From NCBI GenBank assembly GCA_020891255.1, contig BQFW01000007.1, forward strand, positions 1,488,001 to 1,552,000: a stretch of DNA of 64,000 nt, read 5' to 3'. The notes beneath the pieces are model-generated. The model saw only the letters and a list, made by a program, of their open reading frames with translations, was not told the origin of the DNA and did no database searches. Source of the DNA: Entomortierella parvispora E1425. Taxonomy: Eukaryota; Fungi; Mortierellomycota. This document shows positions 34,283 to 45,795 of the stretch, piece after piece (positions within the stretch are counted from its first letter, which is position 1; every line of letters starts with the position of its first letter). The position numbers were made by a program, and so were the translations under genes.

Positions 34283-37200
34283 CTAGTTGGGTACTGGGGT
34301 ATCCATCAGATTGCGAGGTGCGGCTTTGGTTGTAGGCGAAGCGACAGTATCAACGGCCGTCTCATCCGCGGTGACCTCCTCTAGTGGCGACGACTTGGTC
34401 GCCATGGCCAGCATCAACGCCGGCAAGTATTGTTCACAAAAGGATGAGAAGTAAAACTAAGATGGTGCACGCGCAACCACAAAAGAGAAAAAAAGGAAAA
34501 AAAAAAAAAAAAAAGGCGTTAGAACCACATTGCTCAACAAATTGCTCGCAAAGACGGCCTACAACATCGATGACGAAAATGCTTTACCTCGTGCTGGCTG
34601 TTGTGATCTCCCACAAAGTTATGTGCCAACTCATGAGCCAAGGTAAAGAACCAGTAGATCATTCCCTCATCTCTCGCAGAGATGGTCTTGCCCTGCACCT
34701 TCTTTTGACTCGTTCCTGCACCTTCATCATGACCCAAAGCAACATAGTATCGCCAGTTGAAAAACAAGGCCCCACCTCGGTTGAACGCGATCGTTGAGCC
34801 TTCAGGATCAAAGTACACGTGCATGGTCGAGGGCTGCAATTGAAAAACTTCCTGAGCCAACACCATCAGCAGCTTGACAAATCGAGCCAAAGACTTTAGG
34901 TTTTCCTTGGTCATGATGGCATCCGCGTCACACGATGTATCCAAGTACAGCTCGAGCTCGCCCGCATGTCCAGCAAAGTTCAATTGATGTCCCGGCTTGA
35001 CGTCGCAGTATGAGCTTGTCAAAACCTCAGAGACCTGAGAGACGGTCGGCTCACTTTTGATATCATCCCGACCGTTTGAGCGACAGTTGGAGACGGCCGC
35101 CTTGAGAGACTGCTGGAGATTTTGTTGGTAATCAGGAGAGAATCCCTTGATCACTGGGTTGAGCTGGGGAGGTGGCGGGGTTCCCTTGGTCGTAGGTGCA
35201 CCGGATCCAGAACTTTCAATACCAGTCAAGGTTCCATTCTGAGCCAAATTAGAGGCTGCCTTGACAATACTAGAGTCTCGTCCCCATGTCTTCAAACGAC
35301 TAAAGAATCCTCCTCCTCCAGTAGAGCTGGTGGAGGATGTTGAGGCTTCCTGGGTGTGGCTTGTAGTATTTGCCACAGGAGCAGGTGGCAGTGTGGATAT
35401 AGTCGAGACGTTCGAGGGTTCCTGGGCAGTGGGGAACGATCCTGGGACAGGAGGGACGGGCCTGTTGGTGTTTCCATTTTTGATCCTAGGATATCCCCCG
35501 TCGAGCAACTTCATAGTTACACGCCGCACATGGTCTTGTGTCTCTTTGGAAATCATCTCTGTCAAGTACGCAGGGTCACAGTCCGGGAACACCTCTTTCA
35601 ACTGGGCCAGGTATTCTGCTGTTTGCTTAGGTCCCAGTTTGGCACTGGCAGCAGCCTGAGCAGCGGCTGCCGCATCTGCTTTCGCAGCTGCCTCTACCCG
35701 CGCAATCTCTGCTTTTTTGGCATTCAAAATTCTGTCCACTTGGAAGCCCTAGAAAAACAATAGAAGTGGAATAATGGTAAGTAACATTCCATGTAGTGTA
35801 TACACAGAATGGACATTGCAGTGAGCCTTCTTCCTTACCTTTCGCTTCAAGCTAACCAAGCTCGAGTGGAGTAGATTGGACCACCAGATTGAGTCATTCA
35901 GCTTCTTTTTCTTCAGCATCAGTGTCGCAAGCGCCTCGGCGATATCAAAGTAATCCATGTCACCCTTGGCCGTGACTAGGAGGTAGTATGCCTTGGCTTG
36001 ATCTTGAACGATGCAGGCTGTTGTCGATTCAACATGGGTTGCACCTGTTGGTATAAATTCCCGGCGTCGTTGGATCTCAGGAACATGGCGCACCTTCAGT
36101 TTTGTCGTCAGCCAGTCAAGATTGAAGTTGAGTCTGTTGGCAGGGTGGTCACTCAAAAGTAGAGGAGCACGTTCAACAATTAGCTCCTGCAGGCTCTCGG
36201 ATCTTCGAGTGACTGCCAGAGATCCTTGGGGTCGACAGGTTTCCTTGACTTGGCGCGAGATCCATGTACTACCCAGCGTTTCATATAGGTTCTCCAAATG
36301 ACTTTCCATCGGGGCGCTAAGAGGCGTAAAGATCTGCTGAAGCACCGTGTCGTCAATCAAATAGATGTCGCTAGCCTTGGCCAGCTTGTACTGAACCACA
36401 ATCTGACCCAGATTTGCATTCTCCTCGCCCTGCTCGCCTCCAGCTTCCGTCGTCTCGTCCTCAGCGATTCGTTTTTCGGCCAACAAGAAGGGCGTGCGAA
36501 CCATCTCTGCCATAAGAGTCTTGTGACCTCCAATAACATGCATATGGGAGGCGATCTGGCGAAGGATAGACTTGTAGCTCTCCACACCTCCATTCCTGTT
36601 CAAGAAATCCTGAGGTGATCTCACGACAAGCTGCGCCAACTCAACCGGTGTGGGTTCCTCCTTGACACCACAGGCCTTCAAAAACAGGTTGGCCGTTCTT
36701 CCAAAGTCAACAGTCGTCAAAAGGTCTTGGTGATATGCCGAGTCCTTCTTGTCAAAGTAGCAGCCTTGAGGTTCTACGTAGTTTTTGCCGGTATCATCCA
36801 ACGGAATGAACTTGAGTATCCTTAAAGCCGACCAATGATGATGACCAAACTCGCCTTGAAATTTCCCAAGGAACTCAAAGATCTGGCGCGCCTTTTCCTT
36901 GGTGGCTGGCGGTTTCTGAGACAGCCGCTCCAAAAGTCGGACAGGTAGAGGATTTTCACGGATGCCGAGCATTGCAGCATGGATTCGGAGATCCTCTCGA
37001 AGAACTGGGAATTCCATCACACTGCACGCAGGATTGGAAAAGCAGCCCTAGCACAGTCAGATGGGACCACGGAAGAGATGTTAATATAACTATCTATTGC
37101 TAAATCCAAGTCCAAACTCCATCTGTTTCGTCATTTACCTCTGGTGTTTCCATGGTATTGGTTGTGGTTGGCAAAAACGCGACTTTATACTTGCTAGGAC

Positions 37201-40200
37201 TGTACTGGAGGGCATAGAGTGTCTTGAAGTTCTCCAAGAAGTAGTTCAGTGCCTTGGCTTGGATGGACTTCTCTGTGGGTGGGGCAGCTAGCGCCAACAA
37301 TGCCTCCAAAGGCGGGTGCGTGATCAATCCAAGTTCCAGCAAAAGCTTGGCTTCATCAGAGGTTGATCTCCAGCGACCCTATTAATGGAGTAGCAACAAG
37401 TAGTTTGGGGTCAGCAACCATTCACAAAGGTCCCCACAATAATTCAATCCATGTGCTGTTTTTTTTTTTTTTTCTTTGAAATTATAATTACCTTCCATTC
37501 AATCACAGGAAGACCAAGTGCAGCATGAACCTCGCTCGGCGCATAGAGGGTGTTGGCAGGGTACCTTTTGACTGGAATGGGCGGAGGTGGAGGAGTTCCT
37601 GCTGATTCGCGGTCATCGTCGGGCTTGGGAGGTGGGGTTGGAGGACTGGTGGGTTTATCCACCGACAGATCTTCTCTGGGAAAGATGGATGTCGCTTTCA
37701 GACGCTTCATCTCTCCAGAAGAAAGGGTCTCACGAACAGAAGTGAGGTACTTGACCAATTGCATATGATCCCAGCTACCAGCATTCACCAGACGATCAAA
37801 TACAAGTTGCAGTTCGACACTCTACACGAAGAAAAGATGAAAAGCCATCAATATTCCGAACTAAACGTGCTCTTCAACAAATTTCGCCAAGGAATACCCG
37901 TGGCTTTTCTTTCTTACCTTGCGAGCACCCATAGAAACAAGGAGCTTTTCCAATGGTGCTTTTTGGAAAATCATAACGGGGAGATCCGGGAAGAGTGTCA
38001 CTGTCCTGAAGTAGGACTCGTTGGGCAGCTTCATACCATACTTGGTGGGTATGCACTTCTTCTGTGACAACATGGCGACAATAGCTCTTTGGTTGCTCTC
38101 TGGAAGCTGTGCCCATCCACGAGATAGAACCAAAAGCACCTTCTCCGCAAACACTGGAGACGTCTCCAAGTCGGGATCGTTGACAATAAATTTCGTCCAC
38201 TCCAAAAGCGAGAGTTCATTCCAAGATCCAGAGATCCGGATCAAATCTGGTTGCGTGAAGGATTTCGTGATGTCGTATGGTATCGTGTTGGGCGGCAAGG
38301 GCATATCGATAGGCGTCACTTTCGGGTTCACGAACCATTTGAGCGCGGATAGAGGTTTCACAGTGTCGCCAGAGCAAACCAGTGCCAGCTGGAAGAAGGC
38401 ATTCACCTCAGAGTCGGGAAGAACGTACTTTGAGCTAAAGTCCATCCACCACCGCAACATGGCCACCATCTGTGCCTCAGTCAAGGTGCGATTCTCCAAT
38501 TCCGTCAAGACATCCTTGAAAGTGATTCTGTGGAGTTTTCCTGCCTTTTCCAGTTTGTCCATGTACTTTTGACTTCCAGTGTAAACGTTGGAGGAGATTG
38601 TGGGCAGTTTTGTCAAAAAAGTGGACATTGAGGGTTCTGGAATACGGACTTTGTCCAAGTCCTTGACACCGTGAGATGACAAAATCGACAGCGGCAAAGT
38701 AGACATGCGGAAAAAATAGGCATCGATATAATGGCCTACTTGAGGGCTGGGTGTACTTGGGTGGAACTGGAAAGCCTGAAGGGCATGCAAAGCTCGCTTT
38801 TCAAGCCAATCCCGAGCTGTTGCAGTTCCTTCGTCATCAGGCTGGTCGGGCTTTTGGTGAGTCAGGATCATCTCATTGTAAAGGTTGCCAATCTGCGAGA
38901 GTTCATCTATGATTGTCGGACAAAATTGCGGGTCAGCCCAACACAGTAATGCTGTGCCCAGTCAATATATGTTTGATGCCTTTGTTGAACATACCTTCGT
39001 AGAGTGTCCGGGAAAGCAAACCTGCCATGGACAGCAACTCGTGGTTCCAGACTTGTAAACATTTGTCAACAAAATCCAAGCTCTCGCGCTCGACAGTAGG
39101 GATGAAGCGACCGGCGACATGACTGCTGAATCCGGTCGTCTGATGAGTGGGGAAGCCAATAAAGATGCGTCCTTGTTCTGGGAACGGGACAAGGTCCTTG
39201 AAGATGGATTTGTTGTCAGCAGAGGCTTGCTTTTCGTCGTGTCCCACGTACAAAATCTGGATCGCGGTTTGACTTGGCGGGTATTTCTTAGTGGTGCGCT
39301 CCATTTCTGTCGAGAATTGCTTTGAGACTTTGACATCCAGGTTTCCAGAAGCTGTGCGAAGGAAAATTGTTGTCGTGCTAGTTGAAACCTCTCGAGTCCA
39401 ACGTGAAACCTCCATCCTGGTAGCGTCCAGCTGCACGCTCTGAAGATCGACAGATTTGAGCGTAAAAATCTTTTGAGGAGAGGTCATGTACATCGTCTTG
39501 GGGAGGGTCATAGGACGAGGCTCGCGCATCTTTTTGGAGATGTTGAGTAGGCGGTGGTGATCGAGAAAAACAGACACATCTCGCAAGTTGGCTGTAAACC
39601 CGAGAGATCTGGCCAAAAACTGTCCAAAGTCTTCCATATTGACCATGTCGATTGGTTCTCGCATGTCCAAGAGAAAAGTTGTCCAGCTGTCCTTTGTGGC
39701 CTCTTCATCGGGGATGGCGGCTCGTTTGGCATAGAGTTGATCGTTTCTCCAGTAAAAAGCCATGCACTCTTTTCCTGATGATACGCTACGAGGAGTACAA
39801 AGAGTGGTTAGGAACTGTGTCGCTTCGTGCTACAGAACAATGAGCATAGAATCAGTGCTTACAATGGCTCCTCACAAATGGAAAAGAGAGAGTACTAGTA
39901 ATTGAAAGCGGAATGTTAGTAGCCATCCGAAGATCAGTATATAGATGCTTCTCATCTTGTCGCCAAGAACTCACAAATCCGACTCCAAAAGCGCCAATCT
40001 ATCAATGTGTTGATTGTCAAGAGTAAGTTAGACCACAGATTGAACATGACTTCTCATAGGCGTACGATCGGTTAGCAGCAAAGCCATTACCTTTGATTCA
40101 TCCGGGTTTCCCTCGGCAATCTTTTTGAGTCGATTCCAGTCCTCGGGTCTAAAGTCCATTCCGTTGTTTTTGAAAAGCACGCGGGTGATCTTTGCGCTAA

Positions 40201-40916
40201 GGCTTGGGGCCGATTCCTGACTGTTGGGATTTGCCGTCTCAAAAACAATCTCGATGCCTTTGGCCCCAGCATCGTCTATACAAGTCACAGACAGAACAAT
40301 GAATAAGCGAGTCGGTGTTCCTAGAAAGATAACGTTGCTTCGCAGAAAGATATCTCTTGTTGTTGGTTCATAGAGAGGGTCCCATACCGGAGTTTTGCAT
40401 CAGTTCTCGATAGACGACGAATTCAGCAGAGTATCTATATACGAGCAGTAATAATGATGATCCATTAGAAAAAAAAAATCCAGAGATCTGTCCTGTACAC
40501 TGAAAGATGGGATATCTACATAGATGATGCCTCTGGTGCACATCCACAGAAAAGTCTGCACCACCCCATGTGGCCGACTGAGGGGCCACATCGCAATTTG
40601 CTAGTGCGCAGATCACGACCCTTGATCAGGTGGTCATCCTTGGCAAGGAGAACAACAAGGGAGAAGCAAAAGTATTTCTGGTTTTTACCTGGCCAGAATC
40701 TTGTCGATGAGATGGCGTTGATTCACTAGAGAGATGAGAAATGCGAGAGGTTGGGTAAGAAGTCGTTTCAATGAGGGAGACTGAGGTTCGATAAGAGCAG
40801 AGATGGATGGGCGGGTGGGGGATGGGCATGCATGTACCTTCGACACGTTCCTCCGCGCCAGTCTTTGACAAGACCTGGGAGCGGAGAGCGTCGAGGGCCG
40901 ACTTTTTCGTGGCCAT
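34283..40916 (-). CDS. Large GHKL/sacsin-like ATPase (DUF3684-type) with CUE-like domain and C-terminal HExxH motif; many exons
   Basis: VNQRHLIDKILAR|YSAEFVVYRELMQN.DDAGAK...NNG.DF..EDW.RLKKIAEGNPDESK|IGAFGVGF|YSLFS; EVFPDCDPAYL...KLLDGGYP; IAFNRGGALFFNWRYY...TLAHELAHNFVGDHNSQHE. Confidence 0.85.
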
Positions 40917-41114
40917 GAGTGGGAATGTGGGCGGAGTAGGGAGCAGAGCGAGATGAGACGAGTTTCCAGAGTTGTGGGCAGTGATGGTGGTGATGGTAGT
41001 GAAGAGATGATTAGAGGGGAAAGGCAAAGGCAGCGAGAAGGCAGGGAACAAGGGACTGATGCATGCATGCATGCGAGCACCCTCTATATGTATGAGTGCG
41101 GAGTGGGACTGCCA

Positions 41115-41123
41115 TTTGCCACC
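41115..41123. promoter_or_regulatory. PACE-like element (TTTGCCACC, reverse complement GGTGGCAAA) in a divergent promoter
   Basis: Exact 9-mer inside the 334-bp gap between the two start codons. Confidence 0.3.
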
Positions 41124-41250
41124 AAATTAAGAGTGGCACCGAAAAAGGGTGTCAAACGACAATGGAATGGAGGCATGACAAATTCACCTTCCCTCCTTCT
41201 CGCTTTCTTGCTTGCCATTCCTTCCTTCCTTCCCGCTCCATCATGCAATC

Positions 41251-44129
41251 ATGGCAATGAACCTCGAGGCACGCGAGACCCTCTCAAACCTCATCCTCGC
41301 CATCACTAAAACAGGCGATCTCTACCTCGACCCAGAACAAGTCAAGGTAAAAACCTGCCTTCTCCTCCAGCGTCAAACGAGATTACTCCTGCCAAGAAAA
41401 CGCTTGGGTCTACGCAAGCATGCCACGTTTTTTTTTCTTTCCTTCTTTGGACGTATTCACTGCTGACGATATTCTTCTCGATTGTTCTTTTTCAGCAAGT
41501 GAAGGCAATCTGTAAAAAGTCGGACGTTAACGTCAAGACTGCGTATGACCTTTTACTGATTCAGCTGCAACGCAAGCATGCACAGGTAAGCCTGTCTTAC
41601 GTGGTGACCTCTGGATGCCTCCTAAAGAGTGCCCTTTTGAAGAAAGAACAAAGTCGAGTATCTCCTCGCGTCTAGTTTGCTGACATGTGTTTCTTGCATG
41701 ATGTAGATTCGCTACTCTAGCACACAACTGATCGCCGAGCTGTTCCAACGTTCTCATGTCTTTCGAGAACTGTTGGTCGCCGACTTTTCAGTCTTTTTGC
41801 AGTTGACTGTAGGGATTCACCAGAATACTCTACCACCTCCCATCCTCTTTGCAGAAAAGACCAAGCAACTTGCCATTTCTTTGACGAATGAATGGAACGG
41901 AAAATACGGCGCAGTCTATAAGCAGGTGAAGCACCATTTCATTCGTTTTCCGATGTCAGACTTCAGGGGGTGTTTATGAGCTAACCGGAGGTCCCTATCC
42001 CCTTTTGGACACTTTGCAGATTGCTCTCGGCTACGAGTTTTTGAGATATCATTTAAAAGTCGACTTTACAAACTTGGTCCCCGTCACGGAAGAAGCTCGA
42101 AGTGCGGAGCAAAGGGCACAAGAAGAGCTGAGCAAGCGCATTCGACAGCGCAAGTTTGAAAAAGCGGCTGCGGAACTAGAAGACCAATCCGATGCCATTC
42201 AAGAGAACTTGAAGAGAATGGTAGAGTGGCATGTGGATACTTTGGTTCCTCCGCATTACAAAGGTTCGACACTAACCTCCTGTGCTGTCTGATATAGGAC
42301 TCTTGCTTTGATATTTTGGTACCCAAGCTGGACGACGATGCGACCCTTCAATCTATTTTTCAAACATCCTCGGAATCTGTCGATGGTGACGATGACGATG
42401 ACGATGGTGATGGCGGCGACGAGCAGGATGGCCAGGACGATGGTGGAGTGGAGCTTGATGACATTGAAAACGAAAACGAAATGAACGAGGCTCTTATTCG
42501 ACATGATCCCATGGGCATTTACGACAATGCTTTGGGATCAAGTCGCTACAAGCTCACGATCGAAGTCAACAAGGACAACCCGGTGGATGTTCACGAGTCT
42601 GAAGACAACTCAGAGCTATTTGCGACTCTGCGGGAGTGCTATCGATTGATTGTGAAGAAGCACTGGCCGTTGGTCATGGACTGGCTTGATGCCTTCATGA
42701 AAGCTGATGCGGATTCGGGCGTTCAACGAGCCGAGTACGACCGATTGTTGAAGTTGGCTATCAATCTCAAAAAAGATGTGGCAGATGCAAAGAGCAAATG
42801 TGAAGATTTGGGTGTCAATATGGACACCATGTATGGTAAGTTGGCGTCAGAGAGTATCTAGGAGCGGTGTGCAGGTCGAGTGCTTTGATGCTGATAGTAC
42901 CTTCTTATCTAGGTCCCCATGAGCAGGATTCTGATGAAGACGACGCGGATTTTGAAGAAGTTCAGATTCAGGAGAAGGCTAGTGATAAGAAGAAAGGAAA
43001 GCTGCCAAAATACAAGGCTCCTATTTCAGAGCCCAAGAAGCCAAAGAACGCTGTCTTTGCCATGCATGGGGCTGAGGTGTTGCCTGACGATCCGACGTAC
43101 GTTGGAGGCACGCGTATCACTCCTGCTCGAGCTGTTGCCATATCTAGTCCATCTCCTCAATCTGAACAAGCCTCCTCCTCCCGTGCTGCGAGTGAAGTGT
43201 CGACGCCACCTGCGGAGGGTGAAGAGTCTCGAGAAGGTAACGATTGTTGGTCCTGCTCCTTGATTCTCTGATTTAATAACAGATGTATTAATTCGCTCCT
43301 CCTTTCAACTTTTTTGGCAGTTTTATTGGCAAGAGCACCTGTTATTCCATGGGACGACGATTTGGCAGTTTGGGATAAAAAAGAAATGGCCTTTAATACT
43401 TCTGGACTCGAATTTTCGCATCGATTCCTTGGTGTCGGCGACGGTAGTAATCTTGTCTCACAAGCCACGTTGGACAGGATGAAGATGCGAACGACTATTT
43501 ATACTCCAGAGCTTCCAGCTGTGATTAAGGTAATAGCACTTTTGTGTTGCTTGCTGGTGATATTAGATGGATACAGACCAAAAACTCAATTGTACCTGTC
43601 TTTTTCATTCAAGGCTTGTCGTTATCCCATGAGCAATGGACGTCTCTGTATGAGACGAGATTTGGTTCGATGTCCCTATCATGGCCCTGTAGTTCCTCGA
43701 GACGAATACGGACAGATTCAGCGACCAGAAGATGAAGGCGGTTTTGTACCTGAGGAGAAGGACATGTTGAATGATGAGCAGGAAGCGGAACTTATTCAGA
43801 GGGCAATCGCAGCAGCCTCGTCCTCGCCTTCATCTCGAGCTCCTAAAGATAAATCCACTTGGGAAGACATTGAAGATGATGTCCACCTTGCTTTGGGGCT
43901 GGAGAAGATTGAACCAAAACGAAAGCGCGGTGCTGGAGGCTCCTCCTCCAAGAAGAAGACAAAACCCCCCTCTGCTCTGGTCAACATCAACAAGAAGCCA
44001 GACTCTTCCCGTGTCCGATTGCTGCGTCATATGGCTAGCAGAGCCACCAGGGGCTCTGTGGAGGAGGATCAGAGAATTGCAAAGTCGGAGCAATCTAGAG
44101 ATACCAACATCCACCGATGGACGAAATAG
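41251..44129 (+). CDS. UVSSA: UV-stimulated scaffold protein A (transcription-coupled repair), multi-exon
   Basis: VHS-like N-terminus (VKAICKKS...LLLIQLQRKHAQ|IRYSSTQLIAELFQRSHVFRELL) and C-terminal Zn finger CRYPMSNGRLCMRRDLVRCPYHGPVVPRDEYG. Confidence 0.88.
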
Positions 44130-44681
44130 AGGAAAGGATTCTCCACCGACTACCCCGACTACCCCTAATGTGTAACTATGTCTGATTGGCCAGGAAACTT
44201 TGCGATTACATGGTAAAAATCTGCTAGCACATAGAGGGTTGAGTAGTGACCTGCCATGAGTAAATAGATGAAAACCTCGAGCTTTATTTGTTGAAGTGCG
44301 CCTTCCTCTCAAGTACAGAAAAACGGGATCTGACTTGTTGTTTCCCAGCGATCCAGGTTTGTAAGACAGTCTGGCGTATTTTTAAAAAAAGATGTGCCCC
44401 CGCAACTGCCGTCTGAAAATCAAGACTGTGCAGGCAAATTTGTACTGCCCTTCAGATCTGGAACCCACCCCTGCACTGGTTGCAAAACTGAAAAATTCTC
44501 CTGGACAATGGCTGGTTGCAAGGATATCAAGAGATGTACAAAGTCAGCAACTGGTATTGGTCGAGCTCAATCCTACAATCAAAAAAATTCCTTTATTCAA
44601 ATACAGTCCAGTTTTTTTTTGTTTTCAACCGGCAAGTCAGGAGGCATCTGAAATACATTTCAATGAAGGACGCGGCTTGCT

Positions 44682-45308
44682 TTAACAAGTTTCCCGCCAA
44701 GATCCTCGCCATTCGCGGCACGACCTGGTGGAGTCACAGCAAACGAAATTGTCATTTTTGCAGTCTCGATCCTGCTCGCAACTTCCGTCCTCTGCACAAT
44801 AACAAATGTCACTGCCGTCAGTGAGAATCCCTCGACCGCAACATCTGCGATCAATTGCTGGTTCGCCACACTCGCCGCAAAAAAGGTATCGGCACGTCCC
44901 CTCTCGGCACTCAATGACTCCTTGTGGATCAAAACGAACACAAGTAGCAAGCGGGTGACAATCGGATCCCGCGCCAACAAATTTCAAGAGAGTGGTTCCG
45001 GAACCACATACAACTTCATATTGAGGGTGCTGAAACTTTGTATAATCGTATGGAAGTTCTGGGTCGGGACATAGGGTGCTATTTCCAGGAAAGGGGGGCT
45101 GGTCGTCGTTGTTGCAGTAGGCACCGACCACCACACAAAAGTTGGCCATAACGTAACGGCCGTCTAACTGTGCAAGTGAGACCACGTTTGTGGCAAAGGG
45201 TTCGTCCGGTATCGTATCGGGACTTGTCTGACCAACTGGGGTGTCTTGAGCCGCAACGAGACCTGTCGCCATCAGAAGTGCGACAGAAAGACCATGACAG
45301 TGCAACAT
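44682..45308 (-). CDS. Small secreted cysteine-rich protein, 208 aa, unknown function
   Basis: ATG at 45308; signal peptide MLHCHGLSVALLMATGLVAA|QD; 21 Cys in total, 20 after the predicted cleavage; intronless ORF. Confidence 0.7.
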   Translation of the reverse strand: MLHCHGLSVALLMATGLVAAQDTPVGQTSPDTIPDEPFATNVVSLAQLDGRYVMANFCVVVGAYCNNDDQPPFPGNSTLCPDPELPYDYTKFQHPQYEVVCGSGTTLLKFVGAGSDCHPLATCVRFDPQGVIECREGTCRYLFCGECGEPAIDRRCCGRGILTDGSDICYCAEDGSCEQDRDCKNDNFVCCDSTRSCREWRGSWRETC

Positions 45309-45795
45309 TGTGTCTGTCGTGTTGTTGCACGTTAGTATGTTGACAAGTCAGCACTGTTTGATGGAGACGCGAGTGCGATTCTTCACCTGTTATTTAGAAA
45401 GAGAGATGTGCGAGAGTTCTCGTGAGGGCGGCCGATGATCTTAGAAAAATGGCTGTGTGATGGGGCTTGGTAGAGGTGTGGAAGTTTCGAGGAAGAAGCT
45501 GAAAACTAAAGAAACAGGAAGGCGACTTAAATAGTAGGAGAGGCGCGTCAAGCTTTCACTTTCAACGAAAAGACTGATGTGCAAGGCAGATTCCTGGTTC
45601 AGAAAGAAAATTTCGAGGGGCCCGAGACTTCGCCTCGGATGTCCTGCACGCTGCATGGTTGACCAACGATTTCATTCGTTACGCCACCAAAACACATTTT
45701 CATTAAGGGTATAACTTTCATTTCTCATATTGACCTCCAAGGGTCGGAGCTGATCGACTTGGTTTTGCATTCAGTCCTCCGCATTCACTCAGACC

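Noticed and set aside
44326-44640. Possible MITE between UVSSA and the Cys-rich gene (ctgacttg/caagtcag)
   Set aside because: Only an 8-bp inverted match and no target-site duplication.
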